64,000 bases of DNA from Gloeobacterales cyanobacterium (lineage in GTDB: Bacteria; Cyanobacteriota; Cyanobacteriia; Gloeobacterales; PMM-0068). Every line of letters starts with the position of its first letter. Position 1 is the first letter of the stretch. A program made the position numbers and the translations under genes. Under the pieces are notes generated by a model that saw only the letters and a program-made list of their open reading frames with translations, did no database searches and was not told where the DNA came from. Positions 1 to 11,402 of the stretch are shown here, in pieces. The stretch lies in contig JBBRSB010000012.1 of assembly GCA_038245785.1 (NCBI GenBank), positions 54,161-118,160 of the forward strand. Direction: 5' to 3'.

Positions 1-25
1 CCAGTGCGAGTTTTACTTCCGCTAC

Positions 26-59
26 TCCATAGAGGCGCAATATCTCGCGCCTCTATGGA
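26..59. repeat. 13-bp perfect hairpin (REP-like short palindrome or terminator) just after infB
   Basis: TCCATAGAGGCGC (26-38) / GCGCCTCTATGGA (47-59), 8-nt loop, 4 bp past the infB stop. Confidence 0.65.
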
Positions 60-63
60 AGGG

Positions 64-2922
64 TTATAGGTTACGCTTTTGGGTAACCATTCTATAGACT
101 TCGATCAAGTCGCCTTCTCTCCAGTCACTAAAGGCCGTTCGGATACCGCACTCAAAGCCAGCATTGACTTCTTTAACATCCTCTTGGAAGCGTCTGAGCG
201 AATCTAGATAGCCTTCATAGACCACTTCTTTGCCCCGACGGACGCGGATATTACTATTGCGGCTAATCTTGCCTTCCTTGACCATGCAGCCTGCTACAGC
301 GCCTTTGGCAATGGAGATAATCTGGCGCACTTCAGCTACGCCTAGAGATTCCTCTACCATCTCAGGTTCTAGCTTTCCGGCCATGGCATCGCGCACATCC
401 TCGAGGAGCTTGTAAATCACGTCATATTCCTGAATAGTGACGTGGGAACGCTCTGCTGCAACCCTTGCCGAAGTACCCAGTGTGGTGTTGAAGCCGAGAA
501 TAATCGCTCCTGAAGCCGCTGCAAGGTCAACGTCCGCTTCGGAAACATCACCAGCGGCCGAAAGTAGGATTTTGAGCTGGACTTGATCTTGGGGTAACTG
601 GCCCAAAGAGCCAAGAATTGCCTCGACAGAACCCTGCATGTCGCCTTTGACGATCAGGTTCAGTTCTTTGAGGTCTCCTTCCTTCGCCTGCGAAGAAAGC
701 ATTCCCAGCGTAACCCGACTGGTCGCCATAGCCTGGGCCAAACGGTTTTCCCGTTGCCCCAGAGCCCGCTTTTCAGCTTCTAGTCGAGCTTCTCGCTCAT
801 CGGCATAGACGGCCAGTTCATCGCCAACGCCCGGTACATCGGAGAATCCTAAGACTTTTACAGGCATGGAAGGGCCTGCACTCTCTACGATGCCACCGCG
901 ATCATCAAATAAGGCGCGCACCTTACCGTAGACAGAGCCCACGACAAAGGGATCACCAACGCGGAGGGTTCCGTTTTGGACCAAGATAGTCGCCACCGGA
1001 CCTTGGGCTTTGTCCAGGTTTGCTTCAATCACCGTTCCTTTAGCCCGACGGTCTGGGTTGGCTGAAAGTTCTTGAACATCCGCTACCAGCACGATCATTT
1101 CAAGCAATTTATCCAGATTGAGCTGAGATTTGGCTGAGACGGGAACCATGACGGTATCTCCACCCCATTCTTCCGCTAGCAATCCTTGCTCAGAAAGTTC
1201 CTGCTTGACTCGGTCTTGGTTCGCTTCAGGTTTATCGATTTTGTTGATGGCAACAATCATCGGTACCCCAGCGGCCCGCGCGTGGGAAATAGCTTCCTTC
1301 GTTTGAGGCATCACACCGTCATCAGCCGCCACCACCAGGATAGTGATATCGGTGACTTTGGCTCCCCGAGCGCGCATGGCAGTGAAGGCTTCGTGACCAG
1401 GGGTGTCCAGGAAAACGATTTGGCGGGGTTGACCTTCTACTTCAACATCGATGTGGTAAGCGCCAATGTGCTGGGTAATACCTCCAGCCTCGCCTTGGGC
1501 TACTTTGGTCCGACGGATAGCGTCTAGCAGGGAGGTCTTTCCGTGGTCGACGTGGCCCATGATCGTGACGACTGGAGGACGGATCACCAAGTGATCCAGA
1601 TCTTCTACATCCAACATTTCGGTTTTCTTGGCCGCTGCTTCACGCTCGGCAAATTCCACCTCGTAGCCAAGCTGTGTGGCGACCAGCTCAGCGGTCTCCA
1701 TGTCCAAGGTCTGGTTGATGGTAACGGGGATGCCCTTGAGGAAGAGGACCTTAATCACTTCGGTGTTGGAGACCTTCATCAGTTCGGCCAAATCTTTAAC
1801 GGTCAGGTTTCCACCCAAGGTAATGCTGGTTGGCTTTGCCTCTTCTACCGGTCTACGGTCTCGACGGCGCTGACTTGCTGAGCTAGAACCTCGTTTCTTG
1901 GTAGTAGTGAATCGAGTGGCCGCAACAGGAGCCGGTGCGTTTGGATTAGCCTTGGCCGTAGGTCGAGAAATTGGACGCGCCAGTAAAGACTGCTCGTTCA
2001 AAGCCTTGGCGGCTTCTAGCTCTACGGCATCGTCATCTTCCCCAACAACCTTCGCCTTTAAGCGCTTAGGTGGTTTAGGTGCCTTGGCAGGAGATGCTCC
2101 CGCTTTCCCACGACGCTCGGATTCAGTTTCCTCAGCGACAGCCGACAGCCGACGGATAGGCGGCAGGGGCTCTTCAGCCGATTTGATAATTCTGGGGACC
2201 TTCACCGCGCCAGTTTGGGGTTGAGGTGCCTCAACTTTGACTGGACTGATTGGAGTCGGGGCTGTTGGAGCCTTGGGAGCCACGGGCGCTTGTGGAGCGG
2301 TAGGAATTTGTGGCGACGCTGGAACTCGTGCAGCAATTGTCGGTGCGGGGGTCGTGGGGGCAGCAGGAGGAGCTACAGGAGCAGGAGTGATTGGTGTCTG
2401 AGGAGCTACGGGAACCACGGGAGCACGGGGAGGCTCAACCGATGGCACTTCTACTTCTTTTTTGGCTGCTGGCTGCACTGGCAGAGGAACCGCAGTGCTA
2501 ATACTGCTACCACGCTCCGGAGCGCTGGGTTCATTAGCCACTTGGCGCGCTGTCGGTGGGGAAACAGATGCTATCGGTTGAGGCGGTTCCACCACTTCTA
2601 GCGGAGCGACGGGAGGTTGTGCCGGACGAGTGGGAAGGCCAACAATTACATTGCGCTTGATAGAGACAATTTGCGGTGCTTTTGGCTTTGCCACTCCGGC
2701 TATCCCTGCTTTTTGCGGTGGTATACCTGCTGCCCCTTGTGGTTTTTGGGCAGTTCTGCGGCCACTCACGATAACCTGTTTGATGCGTTCTACATCTTCA
2801 TGGCTAATCGTGCTGCTATGACTTTTATAGACAATCTTGAGCGCATCGCAGATAGCCAAGATATCTTTGCTGTCGCGGTTGAGCTCGCGTGCTAAGTCGT
2901 AAATTCGTTTTTTTTCGTTCAT
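64..2922 (-). CDS. infB: Translation initiation factor IF-2
   Basis: [16 protein letters not shown] and NKID G-domain motifs; IF2_N start (RIYDLAREL); Pro/Ala-rich linker; nusA operon context. Confidence 0.99.
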   Translation of the reverse strand: MNEKKRIYDLARELNRDSKDILAICDALKIVYKSHSSTISHEDVERIKQVIVSGRRTAQKPQGAAGIPPQKAGIAGVAKPKAPQIVSIKRNVIVGLPTRPAQPPVAPLEVVEPPQPIASVSPPTARQVANEPSAPERGSSISTAVPLPVQPAAKKEVEVPSVEPPRAPVVPVAPQTPITPAPVAPPAAPTTPAPTIAARVPASPQIPTAPQAPVAPKAPTAPTPISPVKVEAPQPQTGAVKVPRIIKSAEEPLPPIRRLSAVAEETESERRGKAGASPAKAPKPPKRLKAKVVGEDDDAVELEAAKALNEQSLLARPISRPTAKANPNAPAPVAATRFTTTKKRGSSSASQRRRDRRPVEEAKPTSITLGGNLTVKDLAELMKVSNTEVIKVLFLKGIPVTINQTLDMETAELVATQLGYEVEFAEREAAAKKTEMLDVEDLDHLVIRPPVVTIMGHVDHGKTSLLDAIRRTKVAQGEAGGITQHIGAYHIDVEVEGQPRQIVFLDTPGHEAFTAMRARGAKVTDITILVVAADDGVMPQTKEAISHARAAGVPMIVAINKIDKPEANQDRVKQELSEQGLLAEEWGGDTVMVPVSAKSQLNLDKLLEMIVLVADVQELSANPDRRAKGTVIEANLDKAQGPVATILVQNGTLRVGDPFVVGSVYGKVRALFDDRGGIVESAGPSMPVKVLGFSDVPGVGDELAVYADEREARLEAEKRALGQRENRLAQAMATSRVTLGMLSSQAKEGDLKELNLIVKGDMQGSVEAILGSLGQLPQDQVQLKILLSAAGDVSEADVDLAAASGAIILGFNTTLGTSARVAAERSHVTIQEYDVIYKLLEDVRDAMAGKLEPEMVEESLGVAEVRQIISIAKGAVAGCMVKEGKISRNSNIRVRRGKEVVYEGYLDSLRRFQEDVKEVNAGFECGIRTAFSDWREGDLIEVYRMVTQKRNL

Positions 2923-2960
2923 GAACTGTCCTCGACGTACTTCCCCTTACTACCTGCGTT

Positions 2961-3281
2961 TCAATGAATGCTGTTTATGTCTGCCCCCGACCTCTGTACT
3001 GTCTCTTGGAAAAAGGAAGAGTCGGTGCAGGGATGATGTTGAGCCTGTTCCCAGAGGGCTTTGAGGATGTCAGGAGGGACTGGAGCTTTTAAAGCTTTAG
3101 CCAATCGCCCTTTACGCTCTACCCCTTTTAGGCAGTCTACTCTAGGACAGAGATATACGGAACGCCCCATACCTCCACCCAATTGTACTGTTTGGCTGGG
3201 CCATGACCGCACCACCTTCAAAAAAGAAGATTTGTGCTCAACCTTGCGACAGCTCAAGCAACGACGATAATTTTTCTTCAA
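2961..3281 (-). CDS. ylxR: YlxR/DUF448 family RNA-binding protein
   Basis: RRCLSCR and GRSVYLC motifs; between nusA and infB; TTG start. Confidence 0.93.
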   Translation of the reverse strand: MKKNYRRCLSCRKVEHKSSFLKVVRSWPSQTVQLGGGMGRSVYLCPRVDCLKGVERKGRLAKALKAPVPPDILKALWEQAQHHPCTDSSFFQETVQRSGADINSIH

Positions 3282-3286
3282 GTAGG

Positions 3287-4435
3287 TTACTGTGTCTCCG
3301 CTTGATAATACTCAGAAGCTTTTTTGATATCTATTTTCCATCCTGTTAGGCGGGCGGCTAACCGTACATTTTGCCCCTCTTTGCCGATCGCTAGAGAGAG
3401 CTGATCGTCTGGTACTACGACATGGGCCTGACGGGCTTCTGGATCGACCAAACGGACTTCTGCCACTCTAGCAGGAGAGAGCGCATTCGCAATGTAGGTT
3501 GCCGGATCCGGAGACCAGCGAACTACGTCAATTTTCTCCCCTCTGAGTTCGTTGACTACTGCTTGAATACGGGATCCTCTAGCTCCAATACAGGCCCCCA
3601 CAGGGTCCACATCGCGCTCCAAAGTATCTACTGCTATTTTAGTGCGTGGACCAACGGTGCGGGTAGGGGGGTTTGCCTCACGGGCTACAGCAACAATCCG
3701 CACCACTTCGTCTTCGATTTCTGGGACTTCGTTGGCGAAGAGATAGACCACCAGACCAGCATCTGCGCGGGAAACGGAAAGCTGGGGACCGCGACGGGAA
3801 CCTTCCCAAACTTTTTTCAAGAAGACCTTGATCACCGAGCCAATCCGGTAGGGCTCGTTGGGCAGTTGCTCATTCTTTGGAAGTTCAGCTTCCACTTCTG
3901 GACGACCAAAACCAGAGCTGACACTGACAATTACAGAGCGGTTTTCAAAGCGAGTGACACGGCCTTGTAAGACTGTATTTTCTTGATCCCGAAACTCTTC
4001 TTGAATGAGCTGACGGGAATAGTCCCTCAATTTTTGATTAAGGACTTGTTTGGTCTGAATCGCTGCCATGCGACCAAATTCTTGTTTGTCAGGGGTGACA
4101 TCTACCAGGACCTGATAGCCTGGCTCTGCCCCAGGATCTACCTCTAGAACTTCTTCTAAAGCAATCTCATGGTCTGTATTTTCTACTTCTTCGACAATCG
4201 TTTTTGTGGCCAGTACGCGAAAGCCTTGGTTTTCTAGATCTAGATCCACATCAAAATTTAGAAAATATTCATCGTCGAAAATGGCATCTTTTTCTTTGTA
4301 GGTCTTGCGAAAACGTTCATAGCCTTTCTGTAGGGCTTCACGCAAAGCATCGGAAACAGCACTTTTAGGTAAATTTCGTTCGCGGCTGATGCCATCAATC
4401 AGTTCGTTGATTCCAGGGAGGGGGATCAGGGACAT
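3287..4435 (-). CDS. nusA: Transcription termination/antitermination factor NusA
   Basis: FGRMAAIQTKQ, S1 and KH domains (GACIGARGSRI, LAIGKEGQNVRLA); likely ATG at 4435 after GGAGG. Confidence 0.98.
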   Translation of the reverse strand: MSLIPLPGINELIDGISRERNLPKSAVSDALREALQKGYERFRKTYKEKDAIFDDEYFLNFDVDLDLENQGFRVLATKTIVEEVENTDHEIALEEVLEVDPGAEPGYQVLVDVTPDKQEFGRMAAIQTKQVLNQKLRDYSRQLIQEEFRDQENTVLQGRVTRFENRSVIVSVSSGFGRPEVEAELPKNEQLPNEPYRIGSVIKVFLKKVWEGSRRGPQLSVSRADAGLVVYLFANEVPEIEDEVVRIVAVAREANPPTRTVGPRTKIAVDTLERDVDPVGACIGARGSRIQAVVNELRGEKIDVVRWSPDPATYIANALSPARVAEVRLVDPEARQAHVVVPDDQLSLAIGKEGQNVRLAARLTGWKIDIKKASEYYQAETQ

Positions 4436-4471
4436 AGGGTCCTCCAATTATGTAGTTGTCTTGTTGTTTCA

Positions 4472-4954
4472 CTAACGGGTGAGCAGTACTTGAGTGACTT
4501 GGGCGCGCGGTAAGGTTACCTTACGGCCTTGGATCATTACGATCACTGCATCCTCAGTTCGTTCCAGTAGTTTTCCATTCCACTCACTTTTGTCCTTAAT
4601 CGGAGGACTTACCTGAATGGCTACGGAAAAACCCCGAAACACCTGAAATTCACGGTCAGTAGTCAGGTTGCGGTCTGCACCAGGGCTGGACACTTCCAGA
4701 ACATAGGCTTCTGGAAGAAGATGTTCTGCCCCATCCAGTATCGGTTCTATCGCTCTACTAACCCGCTCACAATCGGCTAGTCCCGTATCTTGCTGAGGGT
4801 TGCGGATATCGATCCGAAGGATGGGTGGACTGTGGTGGGTTTGGTGCTGTAGACCGACTAGCTCCAAGCTTAGAGCAGCAACGGTGGGTTCGAGAAGCTG
4901 CCAAAGGGCTTGGACGTAGGGAGGTAGGTCTGCAGAACCGGAGGAAGTAGCCAT
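4472..4954 (-). CDS. rimP: Ribosome maturation factor RimP
   Basis: DCERVSR and YVLEVSSPG motifs; first gene of the nusA operon. Confidence 0.96.
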   Translation of the reverse strand: MATSSGSADLPPYVQALWQLLEPTVAALSLELVGLQHQTHHSPPILRIDIRNPQQDTGLADCERVSRAIEPILDGAEHLLPEAYVLEVSSPGADRNLTTDREFQVFRGFSVAIQVSPPIKDKSEWNGKLLERTEDAVIVMIQGRKVTLPRAQVTQVLLTR

Positions 4955-4977
4955 AAAATAAGGTGGGTTTCCCCACC
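4955..4977 (-). promoter_or_regulatory. rimP leader hairpin (GNRA tetraloop, U-rich tail)
   Basis: Minus strand GGTGGG-GAAA-CCCACC then TTATTTT directly before the rimP ATG. Confidence 0.7.
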
Positions 4978-5065
4978 CCGTAGCAGCCCTTTAGAGGGCT
5001 GTAAAGAGCTATGAACCGAGTTTACCTTGAAAAAGGGTGATTTCCCAAGGCTTGAGGTTTATCGT

Positions 5066-6001
5066 TTATTCAGTAGCTGAGACTTCAGCCAACGCCGCTT
5101 CCGTTTGAGCTAGCTGTTCGGCTTCCATCTTTTCACGATAGCGAGCTGCCCGCTCTTCGGCATTGGCAAAAACCGCTTCTTGGTCTTGGACCATCTCACC
5201 AGGGGTTTCTTCCAGCTGCTTGGTAGAAAGGCTAATGCGTCCCCGCTCAGCATCTAGATCGATAACCATAACTTTGATTTCCTGACCGACGGTAAAGACG
5301 GAATGAGGGGTCTCAATATGGTCATGGGAAATTTCAGAGATGTGTAGCAGTCCAGAAACGCCACCGATATCTATAAAGGCACCGTAGGGCTTGATCCCAC
5401 GGACACGACCAATAACGACTTGACCTTGCTCCAGACGGTTCATCCGCTTCTCAACCAGCGCACGACGATGAGAGAGCACAAGGCGGTTGCGCTCTTCGTC
5501 CACTTCTAAGAATTTCAGAGGCAATTCCTGATCAATCAGGTCTTCCTTTGGTTCCTTGGTGCTCAAGTGTGAACCAGGGATAAATCCTCTCAGTCCTTCG
5601 ATGCGGACCAAGGCTCCACCACGGTTAACTGCGAAAATCTTGGCGCGGACGGTGGAATCTTCCGATTGGAGTTTCCGAACACGCTCCCAAGCTTTCATGT
5701 ACTCAATGCGACGGATAGAGAGGGTTAGCTGACCCTCTTCGTTCTCATCAGAAAGAATAAAAAATTCTCGGGCCTCGCCCTCTTCCATCACTTTGCGGGG
5801 ATCATCCACCCGGTTGATGGACATTTCTTGTACGGGGAGATAGGCAGCTGTCTTAGCTCCAATATCGATCAGGGCTCCACCCGGCTCTAAGCTAAATACG
5901 GTGCCTTCTACAATGTCGCCAGGGCTAAATGTGTAGTCATACTGGGGAAGTAACTTCTCAAAGTCTTCGCGAGTAAATCCAATGTCTGTGGCTTGAGCCA
6001 A
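5066..6001 (-). CDS. rpsA: 30S ribosomal protein S1 (cyanobacterial three-S1-domain type)
   Basis: Three S1 repeats (GALIDIG, GALVRIEGLRGFIPGSH, GAFIDIGGVSGLLHISEISH); TTG start after AGGAGG. Confidence 0.97.
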   Translation of the reverse strand: MAQATDIGFTREDFEKLLPQYDYTFSPGDIVEGTVFSLEPGGALIDIGAKTAAYLPVQEMSINRVDDPRKVMEEGEAREFFILSDENEEGQLTLSIRRIEYMKAWERVRKLQSEDSTVRAKIFAVNRGGALVRIEGLRGFIPGSHLSTKEPKEDLIDQELPLKFLEVDEERNRLVLSHRRALVEKRMNRLEQGQVVIGRVRGIKPYGAFIDIGGVSGLLHISEISHDHIETPHSVFTVGQEIKVMVIDLDAERGRISLSTKQLEETPGEMVQDQEAVFANAEERAARYREKMEAEQLAQTEAALAEVSATE

Positions 6002-6173
6002 GGTTTCCTCCTAAGGGAGTCTCATTACTAGGGGTTTACGTTGCGCCAAAATTCAGAGGCACAGCCTAACAAATATAGAACATGTTGAGCCCTCTTGGAA
6101 AGAGAAGCGGTCTTAAGGATAGGTCTAAGCAAAGACATGCCTTCTTCTTAGCTATCAAAGATTTACTGGATTT

Positions 6174-6686
6174 TCACTTGGTTTTCTTGAAGGTGGATGT
6201 CTGTCCAGGTTGGGCTTGAGCATAGGGAATGGCGTGTCCTCCAGACAAAGCCTTCAAATTGGTATCAAAAATCTTGCTGGTCTGTTCACCAATCAAGTTG
6301 CCTAAGATTTTCCCATTCGCATCGATAAAAACGTAGTGGGGAATTCCGCTAACTTGATAGCGTTCTGCCTCTGGAACCCATTTTTCATTATCAACATTCA
6401 GGGCCACAAAATTAACTTTGCTCCGGTATTTTTCTTCCATTGCCGCTATAGTCGGCGCCATGCTGTTGCATGAGGTGCACCATTCAGCGTAAAACTCCAC
6501 TAAGCTCGGCTTACCGTTAGTCTGTGCTTGTTCTAAAGGAATAGCTCGCTCTGCCACCTTCGCAGCAGTGAGTGTTTGAGCATCATTGCGGGTGGCGAAA
6601 AAGAGCCCGGCACTTACCGCTGCTGCAGCCAACGCCAGGGAGATATTCCGAATCTTATTGTCCGTGTTAGGAGAACTCTGGGTCAT
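6174..6686 (-). CDS. txlA: Membrane-anchored thioredoxin-like protein (TxlA/HCF164 family)
   Basis: N-terminal TM helix; EFYAEWCTSC CxxC motif; LNVDNEKW and GIPH motifs. Confidence 0.85.
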   Translation of the reverse strand: MTQSSPNTDNKIRNISLALAAAAVSAGLFFATRNDAQTLTAAKVAERAIPLEQAQTNGKPSLVEFYAEWCTSCNSMAPTIAAMEEKYRSKVNFVALNVDNEKWVPEAERYQVSGIPHYVFIDANGKILGNLIGEQTSKIFDTNLKALSGGHAIPYAQAQPGQTSTFKKTK

Positions 6687-6736
6687 AGATGCTGCAAAAA
6701 GGAATATGTCCTAGTGTAAGCATTTCCTTTCCCTAC

Positions 6737-6764
6737 TACCCCCTCCCTAGGGGGATGGGATAAT
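6737..6764. promoter_or_regulatory. Putative CsoR operator 1, overlapping a -10-like GATAAT
   Basis: TACCCCCTCCCTAGGGGGATGGGATAAT: C-tract/G-tract pseudo-palindrome upstream of csoR. Confidence 0.65.
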
Positions 6765-6793
6765 ATAGAGCTATAAATCCATTCCAAAAATTT

Positions 6794-7057
6794 ATGCTTT
6801 CTGAAGTAAAGAAGAACACGCTTCGACGTTTGGCTACCATTCGTGGGCATTTAGATGCTGTGACTAGAATGGTGGATGAAGAACAGTACTGCATTGATAT
6901 TTTGCATCAGATAAGGGCGATTGAAGCTTCTCTGGAGAATGCCAAGCAGGTCATGGTAGAAGGGCATCTCAAGACTTGTTTTACCCATGCCCTTGCAGAG
7001 GGAGCAGGGGAAAAAGCGATCGATGAGCTGATGAAAGTCCTAAAGAGTAATCGTTAA
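6794..7057 (+). CDS. csoR: CsoR/RcnR family metal-sensing repressor (Cu(I)-type x-C-H-C signature)
   Basis: RRLATIRGHLDAV, YCIDILHQ, GHLKTC; directly upstream of a Cu ATPase. Confidence 0.9.
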   Translation: MLSEVKKNTLRRLATIRGHLDAVTRMVDEEQYCIDILHQIRAIEASLENAKQVMVEGHLKTCFTHALAEGAGEKAIDELMKVLKSNR

Positions 7058-7074
7058 TTCTGATTGTGATCAAT

Positions 7075-7097
7075 ATCCCCCCCCTAGGGGAGGGGAT
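7075..7097. promoter_or_regulatory. Putative CsoR operator 2
   Basis: ATCCCCCCCCTAGGGGAGGGGAT near-palindrome with the same CCCTAGGGG core as operator 1, between csoR and the ATPase. Confidence 0.65.
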
Positions 7098-7123
7098 GCT
7101 AGACGTCCCAAAGCGAGGTCAAG

Positions 7124-9649
7124 ATGAAGACGGTTCGGAAGTTCCAAATAGAAGGTATGAAGTGCCAGGGATGCGTCAGTGCTGTTCAGGGCGGGATCTC
7201 AGCGCTACCTGGAGTGGAAGTCGCTCAGGTCAATCTAGATCAAAAAATGCTGACGGTGCAGGCTGCTCCCAGTCTCACGAATCAGGCTATAAGCGCCAAA
7301 GTTACCGAACTGGGTTTTGAAGCTTCTCCCCTATCTTCCTTAGATGATTCAGATGCTGCGGATGAAGATTCGGAAGACCATCCTAGCCAGCCCTCAAGAC
7401 CTGATACTGCTATTTTCCCGGTTTCTGAGCGGCTGACTTTTTCGATTCAAGGGATGAGCTGCACAGCTTGTGCTCAAAATATCGAACGGGGAGTTTCCCA
7501 ACTCCCAGGGGTATCTCGTGCAGAGGTAAACTTTGCCACCGAACAGATGACGGTCTATCTCGAGGCGCTCGCTGCTGACCTTGTATCCTCAGTCGTCCAA
7601 AAAGTTCAGGATTTGGGTTATCAAGCGGCTCCTCAGATTTCCGAGGTTCAGACCGTTTCTGAGGAAAAGGAATCAGAAGAAGCCCAACAATCTAAGCAAT
7701 CATTTTGGTGGTTGCTCTACAGCGCGATATTGACAGTCCCAATTGTGCTCTTGATGTTTGGGATGTCTGCAGAGCTGTCAGTCATGACTGCTGGGATGCA
7801 AGGGAATCTTGGGATTTCCTGGCAAATGGGACTATCTTTCACTTTGACCACACTTCTACAGTTCACGGCTGGTTGGACATTTTATCGGGGGGCTTATAAA
7901 GCGCTGCGTAACGGCTATGCCAACATGGATGTGCTCGTTGCCCTGGGCATTACTGCAGCCTATGGCTGGAGCGTAGGAGCCACCTTTTTCTATCCTGGCC
8001 CGGTGTTCTACGAAACCGCCGCCATGCTGATCACGTTTATCCGGGCCGGTAAGTGGCTAGAAGCACGGGCCAAAGGTCGGGCCAACCGTGCCCTGCGTTC
8101 GCTCCTGCATCTACAAGCGCAACGGGCTCAGATTTTGACGACTACGGGAGAAGTATTGGATATTCCTGCCTCGGAAGTGCAGGTGGGAGCGCGGGTGCTT
8201 GTGCGCTCTGGAGGACAGATTCCCGTAGATGGAATAGTCACAGAAGGTCAATCAACGGTGGATGAATCGATGCTGACTGGGGAATCTCTACCTGCCGTTA
8301 AAAATGTCCAGGACTCGGTTACAGCGGGGACGATCAACCAAGGAGGACGCCTGGTAATCGAAGCTACCCGCGTCGGTGGTGATACCGTCCTGCAACAGAT
8401 TGTGCGTTTGGTTCAAGAAGCGCAATCTGATAAGGCCCCGATTCAGAAACTGGTGGACCAGGTGAGTAATGTGTTCGTGCCCTTGGTCTTGTTGGTGGCT
8501 TTGCTGACTTTTAGTATTTGGTATTTTTGGGCGGGGGCGACCCTCTTCTTTGCGTTGAGCCAGACGATCGCCGTACTCGTGATCGCCTGTCCTTGCGCGC
8601 TTGGACTGGCGACGCCTACGGCCTTGGTAGTCGGTTCTGGCATGGGATTAGAGCGGGGGATTCTCTTTAAGAAAATCTCTAGTCTGGAATCTTTGGCTGA
8701 CTTGGATTGCGTCATCCTGGATAAGACGGGGACCCTGACGGAAGGAAAGTTTCAGGTTACGGATTTAATAACTGAACAAGCGGTAGACGAACTCTTGCAG
8801 ACTGCGGCGACTCTTGAACAGTACAGTAGCCATCCTTTAGCCCGTTCGATTATGCAGAAGGCTCAAGGGCTGGCGCTCGATCCTGTGGAGGACTTTGCCG
8901 AAATCCAAGGCCAGGGCTGTTCTGGTCAGATCAACGGAGAACCTCACTACGTCGGTCGCCAAGATTTCATCGAAGCGCAAGGAATTTCAACGCCCCCTTG
9001 GCTAGCGCGTTACCAAGCGCTGACTGCAGCCGGAAAAACTGTAATTTTCGTGGCCCGAGGACGAGAAATCCTGGGTCTGATCGCGCTAGCAGATCAGATT
9101 AAACCGCAGGCCGCTGAAGCCGTCCGTCGCTTAAGCAATCTGGGCCTGAAGGTGGTAATGCTGACCGGCGATAACAAGTCGGTGGCTCAATCGGTGGCCA
9201 AAGCTCTCGCTATTACTGAATTCCAGGCTGAGGTGCTGCCCGCAGAAAAGCTGCAATGGGTCAAACATTACCAAGCTCAGGGTCTAAAAACGGTCATGGT
9301 CGGGGATGGTATCAATGACAGCCCAGCCTTGGCCCAGGCGGATCTGGGCATGGCTATCGGTTCCGGCACTGATGTAGCCAAAGAAACCGGAGATATCATT
9401 CTTACTAGAAGCAACCCGTTGGATGTAGAACGGGCGATCCGGCTAGGACGTGCGACGTTATCTAAAGTGAAACAAAATCTGTTCTGGGCGTTTTTCTACA
9501 ACGTGGTCGGCATTCCGATCGCGGCAGGCGTCTTTTACCTGCCGCTTGGATTAACGCTCAAACCAGAATTGGCTGGACTCGCCATGGCTTTGAGTTCCAT
9601 CACTGTGGTAAGCAATGCGCTGTTACTCCGCCGGGCCTCGTTTGATTAG
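7124..9649 (+). CDS. copA: Cu(I)-translocating P1B-1 ATPase
   Basis: Two HMA domains (GMKCQGC, GMSCTAC), [32 protein letters not shown]. Confidence 0.95.
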   Translation: MKTVRKFQIEGMKCQGCVSAVQGGISALPGVEVAQVNLDQKMLTVQAAPSLTNQAISAKVTELGFEASPLSSLDDSDAADEDSEDHPSQPSRPDTAIFPVSERLTFSIQGMSCTACAQNIERGVSQLPGVSRAEVNFATEQMTVYLEALAADLVSSVVQKVQDLGYQAAPQISEVQTVSEEKESEEAQQSKQSFWWLLYSAILTVPIVLLMFGMSAELSVMTAGMQGNLGISWQMGLSFTLTTLLQFTAGWTFYRGAYKALRNGYANMDVLVALGITAAYGWSVGATFFYPGPVFYETAAMLITFIRAGKWLEARAKGRANRALRSLLHLQAQRAQILTTTGEVLDIPASEVQVGARVLVRSGGQIPVDGIVTEGQSTVDESMLTGESLPAVKNVQDSVTAGTINQGGRLVIEATRVGGDTVLQQIVRLVQEAQSDKAPIQKLVDQVSNVFVPLVLLVALLTFSIWYFWAGATLFFALSQTIAVLVIACPCALGLATPTALVVGSGMGLERGILFKKISSLESLADLDCVILDKTGTLTEGKFQVTDLITEQAVDELLQTAATLEQYSSHPLARSIMQKAQGLALDPVEDFAEIQGQGCSGQINGEPHYVGRQDFIEAQGISTPPWLARYQALTAAGKTVIFVARGREILGLIALADQIKPQAAEAVRRLSNLGLKVVMLTGDNKSVAQSVAKALAITEFQAEVLPAEKLQWVKHYQAQGLKTVMVGDGINDSPALAQADLGMAIGSGTDVAKETGDIILTRSNPLDVERAIRLGRATLSKVKQNLFWAFFYNVVGIPIAAGVFYLPLGLTLKPELAGLAMALSSITVVSNALLLRRASFD

Positions 9650-9664
9650 ATAGGACTCACACTT

Positions 9665-10255
9665 TCACCGTCCTTCAGGCATTCCATAGACTGAAGTGGG
9701 TGCATAAATGGGTCCGCCCATCGGATTTCCAGAATAGTTGTCGGTTTTGATAATGTAGGCTCTGAGATCGTTGAGGTCGATGTACTGGTCAGCAGCATTG
9801 CGTAGTTCCCGAGCAATCATGCCATCGGTGGCTACAACCGTGACGCGGGTGTTGCGAGAGCGCAGAAGTTCTACCGCCCGTTCAAAATCGCCATCGCCAC
9901 TAAAAAGAATCACATGGTCATACATGTCCACGGTATTGAACATATCGATCACGATTTCTACATCTAAGTTCGCTTTCTGACTGGTCCGACCCGAATCTTG
10001 GTCCGTAAACTGCTTGGTCATTTTGGTGCGTACGGTATAACCAATATTGATTAAAGCATCCAGGAAACCTCTTTTATCTCCTGTATGTTCAACTCCTTGA
10101 TACCAAAAAGCATTGACTAAAATTTCTCCTTGGTCAGAGAAGTATTCAAGAATTTTTCTAGGGTCAAAAAACCAGCCATTCTTTTGCTGGGCGTAATACA
10201 TATTGTTCCCATCGATAAAGATAGAGAAGCGTTCTTGCTGTGCATAACGGGACAT
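9665..10255 (-). CDS. NYN domain LabA/DUF88 family protein
   Basis: IFIDGNN, KANLDVEIVIDM, SGDGDF motifs. Confidence 0.92.
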   Translation of the reverse strand: MSRYAQQERFSIFIDGNNMYYAQQKNGWFFDPRKILEYFSDQGEILVNAFWYQGVEHTGDKRGFLDALINIGYTVRTKMTKQFTDQDSGRTSQKANLDVEIVIDMFNTVDMYDHVILFSGDGDFERAVELLRSRNTRVTVVATDGMIARELRNAADQYIDLNDLRAYIIKTDNYSGNPMGGPIYAPTSVYGMPEGR

Positions 10256-10301
10256 GAAATAACCTCGGGATGATAAGGAGATGTGATTTATTTATTGAGC
10301 A

Positions 10302-11213
10302 TTAGCGGACATTAACAGTTTCAACGTTCTTATGGATGGGGTCACCTATCGGAAGGAGTGGAAAATTTAGATCAGCTCTTTGCTGGGCATAGACTTTAGC
10401 CACAAGGCAAGCTAAAGCTCGGACTCTGCGGATGTAACGAGTGCGTTCTGTAACTGCAATTACTCCGCGCGCGTCTAATAAATTGAAGGTGTGGGAGCAT
10501 TTGAGTACGTAATCGAAAGCGGGTAAAACAATTCCTTCTTGGATGATGCGTCCCGCTTCCTGTTCATAACGATTAAAAAGTTCAAACAGAAATTGAGGGT
10601 CAGATTTCTCAAAGTTGTAGGTACTATGTTCCACCTCTGCCTGATGGTAGACCTGTCCATAGGAAACTTGGTCATTCCACTTCAGGTCATAGATAGAATC
10701 AACGCCCTGCAGATACATCGCTAGCCGTTCAAGGCCATAGGTGATTTCTACAGAAACAGGTTTGCAATCCAGGCCACCACACTGTTGGAAATAGGTGAAT
10801 TGGGTAACTTCCATGCCATCAAGCCAAACTTCCCAGCCGACGCCCCAGGCTCCGAGCGTAGGGGATTCCCAGTTGTCTTCTACAAAGCGGATATCGTGCT
10901 CTTTAATTTGGACGCCCAAAGCTTCTAACGAGTGGAGATAGGTATCTTGGATACCATCCGGAGAAGGTTTCAGGAGGACTTGATACTGGAAGTAATGCTG
11001 GAGGCGGTTAGGATTTTCGCCATAGCGACCATCGGTAGGTCTACGCGAAGGTTCTACATAGGCTACTTTCCAGGGCTCTGGTCCAATCGCCCGCAAAAAA
11101 GTGTGGGGATTCATTGTTCCAGCCCCTTTTTCCGTGTCATAGGGTTGGGCGATTAAACACTCCTGATCGGCCCAAAATTGATTTAATGTGCTGATAATCT
11201 TCTGGAAATTCAT
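10302..11213 (-). CDS. glyQ: Glycine--tRNA ligase alpha subunit
   Basis: [35 protein letters not shown]. Confidence 0.99.
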   Translation of the reverse strand: MNFQKIISTLNQFWADQECLIAQPYDTEKGAGTMNPHTFLRAIGPEPWKVAYVEPSRRPTDGRYGENPNRLQHYFQYQVLLKPSPDGIQDTYLHSLEALGVQIKEHDIRFVEDNWESPTLGAWGVGWEVWLDGMEVTQFTYFQQCGGLDCKPVSVEITYGLERLAMYLQGVDSIYDLKWNDQVSYGQVYHQAEVEHSTYNFEKSDPQFLFELFNRYEQEAGRIIQEGIVLPAFDYVLKCSHTFNLLDARGVIAVTERTRYIRRVRALACLVAKVYAQQRADLNFPLLPIGDPIHKNVETVNVR

Positions 11214-11402
11214 AGAAGCTAGACTAGGTACGGTTAATCGTGGTTATAAGGGTAAAGGTGTACATATTAGATGTAGCCTAGTATACCTTTATTCCAGAAT
11301 GACACATCTCAGCGCTGAATGTAGGCATACGAAATAAATTAAATCTTTGGTGCATTCAGACAGAACAAAACGCGCTTGATACAGGGGCCAGTACACTGTT
11401 AG

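Noticed and set aside
1860..2760. Pro/Ala-rich low-complexity region of IF-2 as an insertion
   Set aside because: Long variable N-terminal linkers are normal in cyanobacterial IF-2
11273..11286. NtcA box GTA-N8-TAC between glyQ and lipA
   Set aside because: No TAN3T at the expected 22-23 nt spacing on either strand, and the flanks are weak
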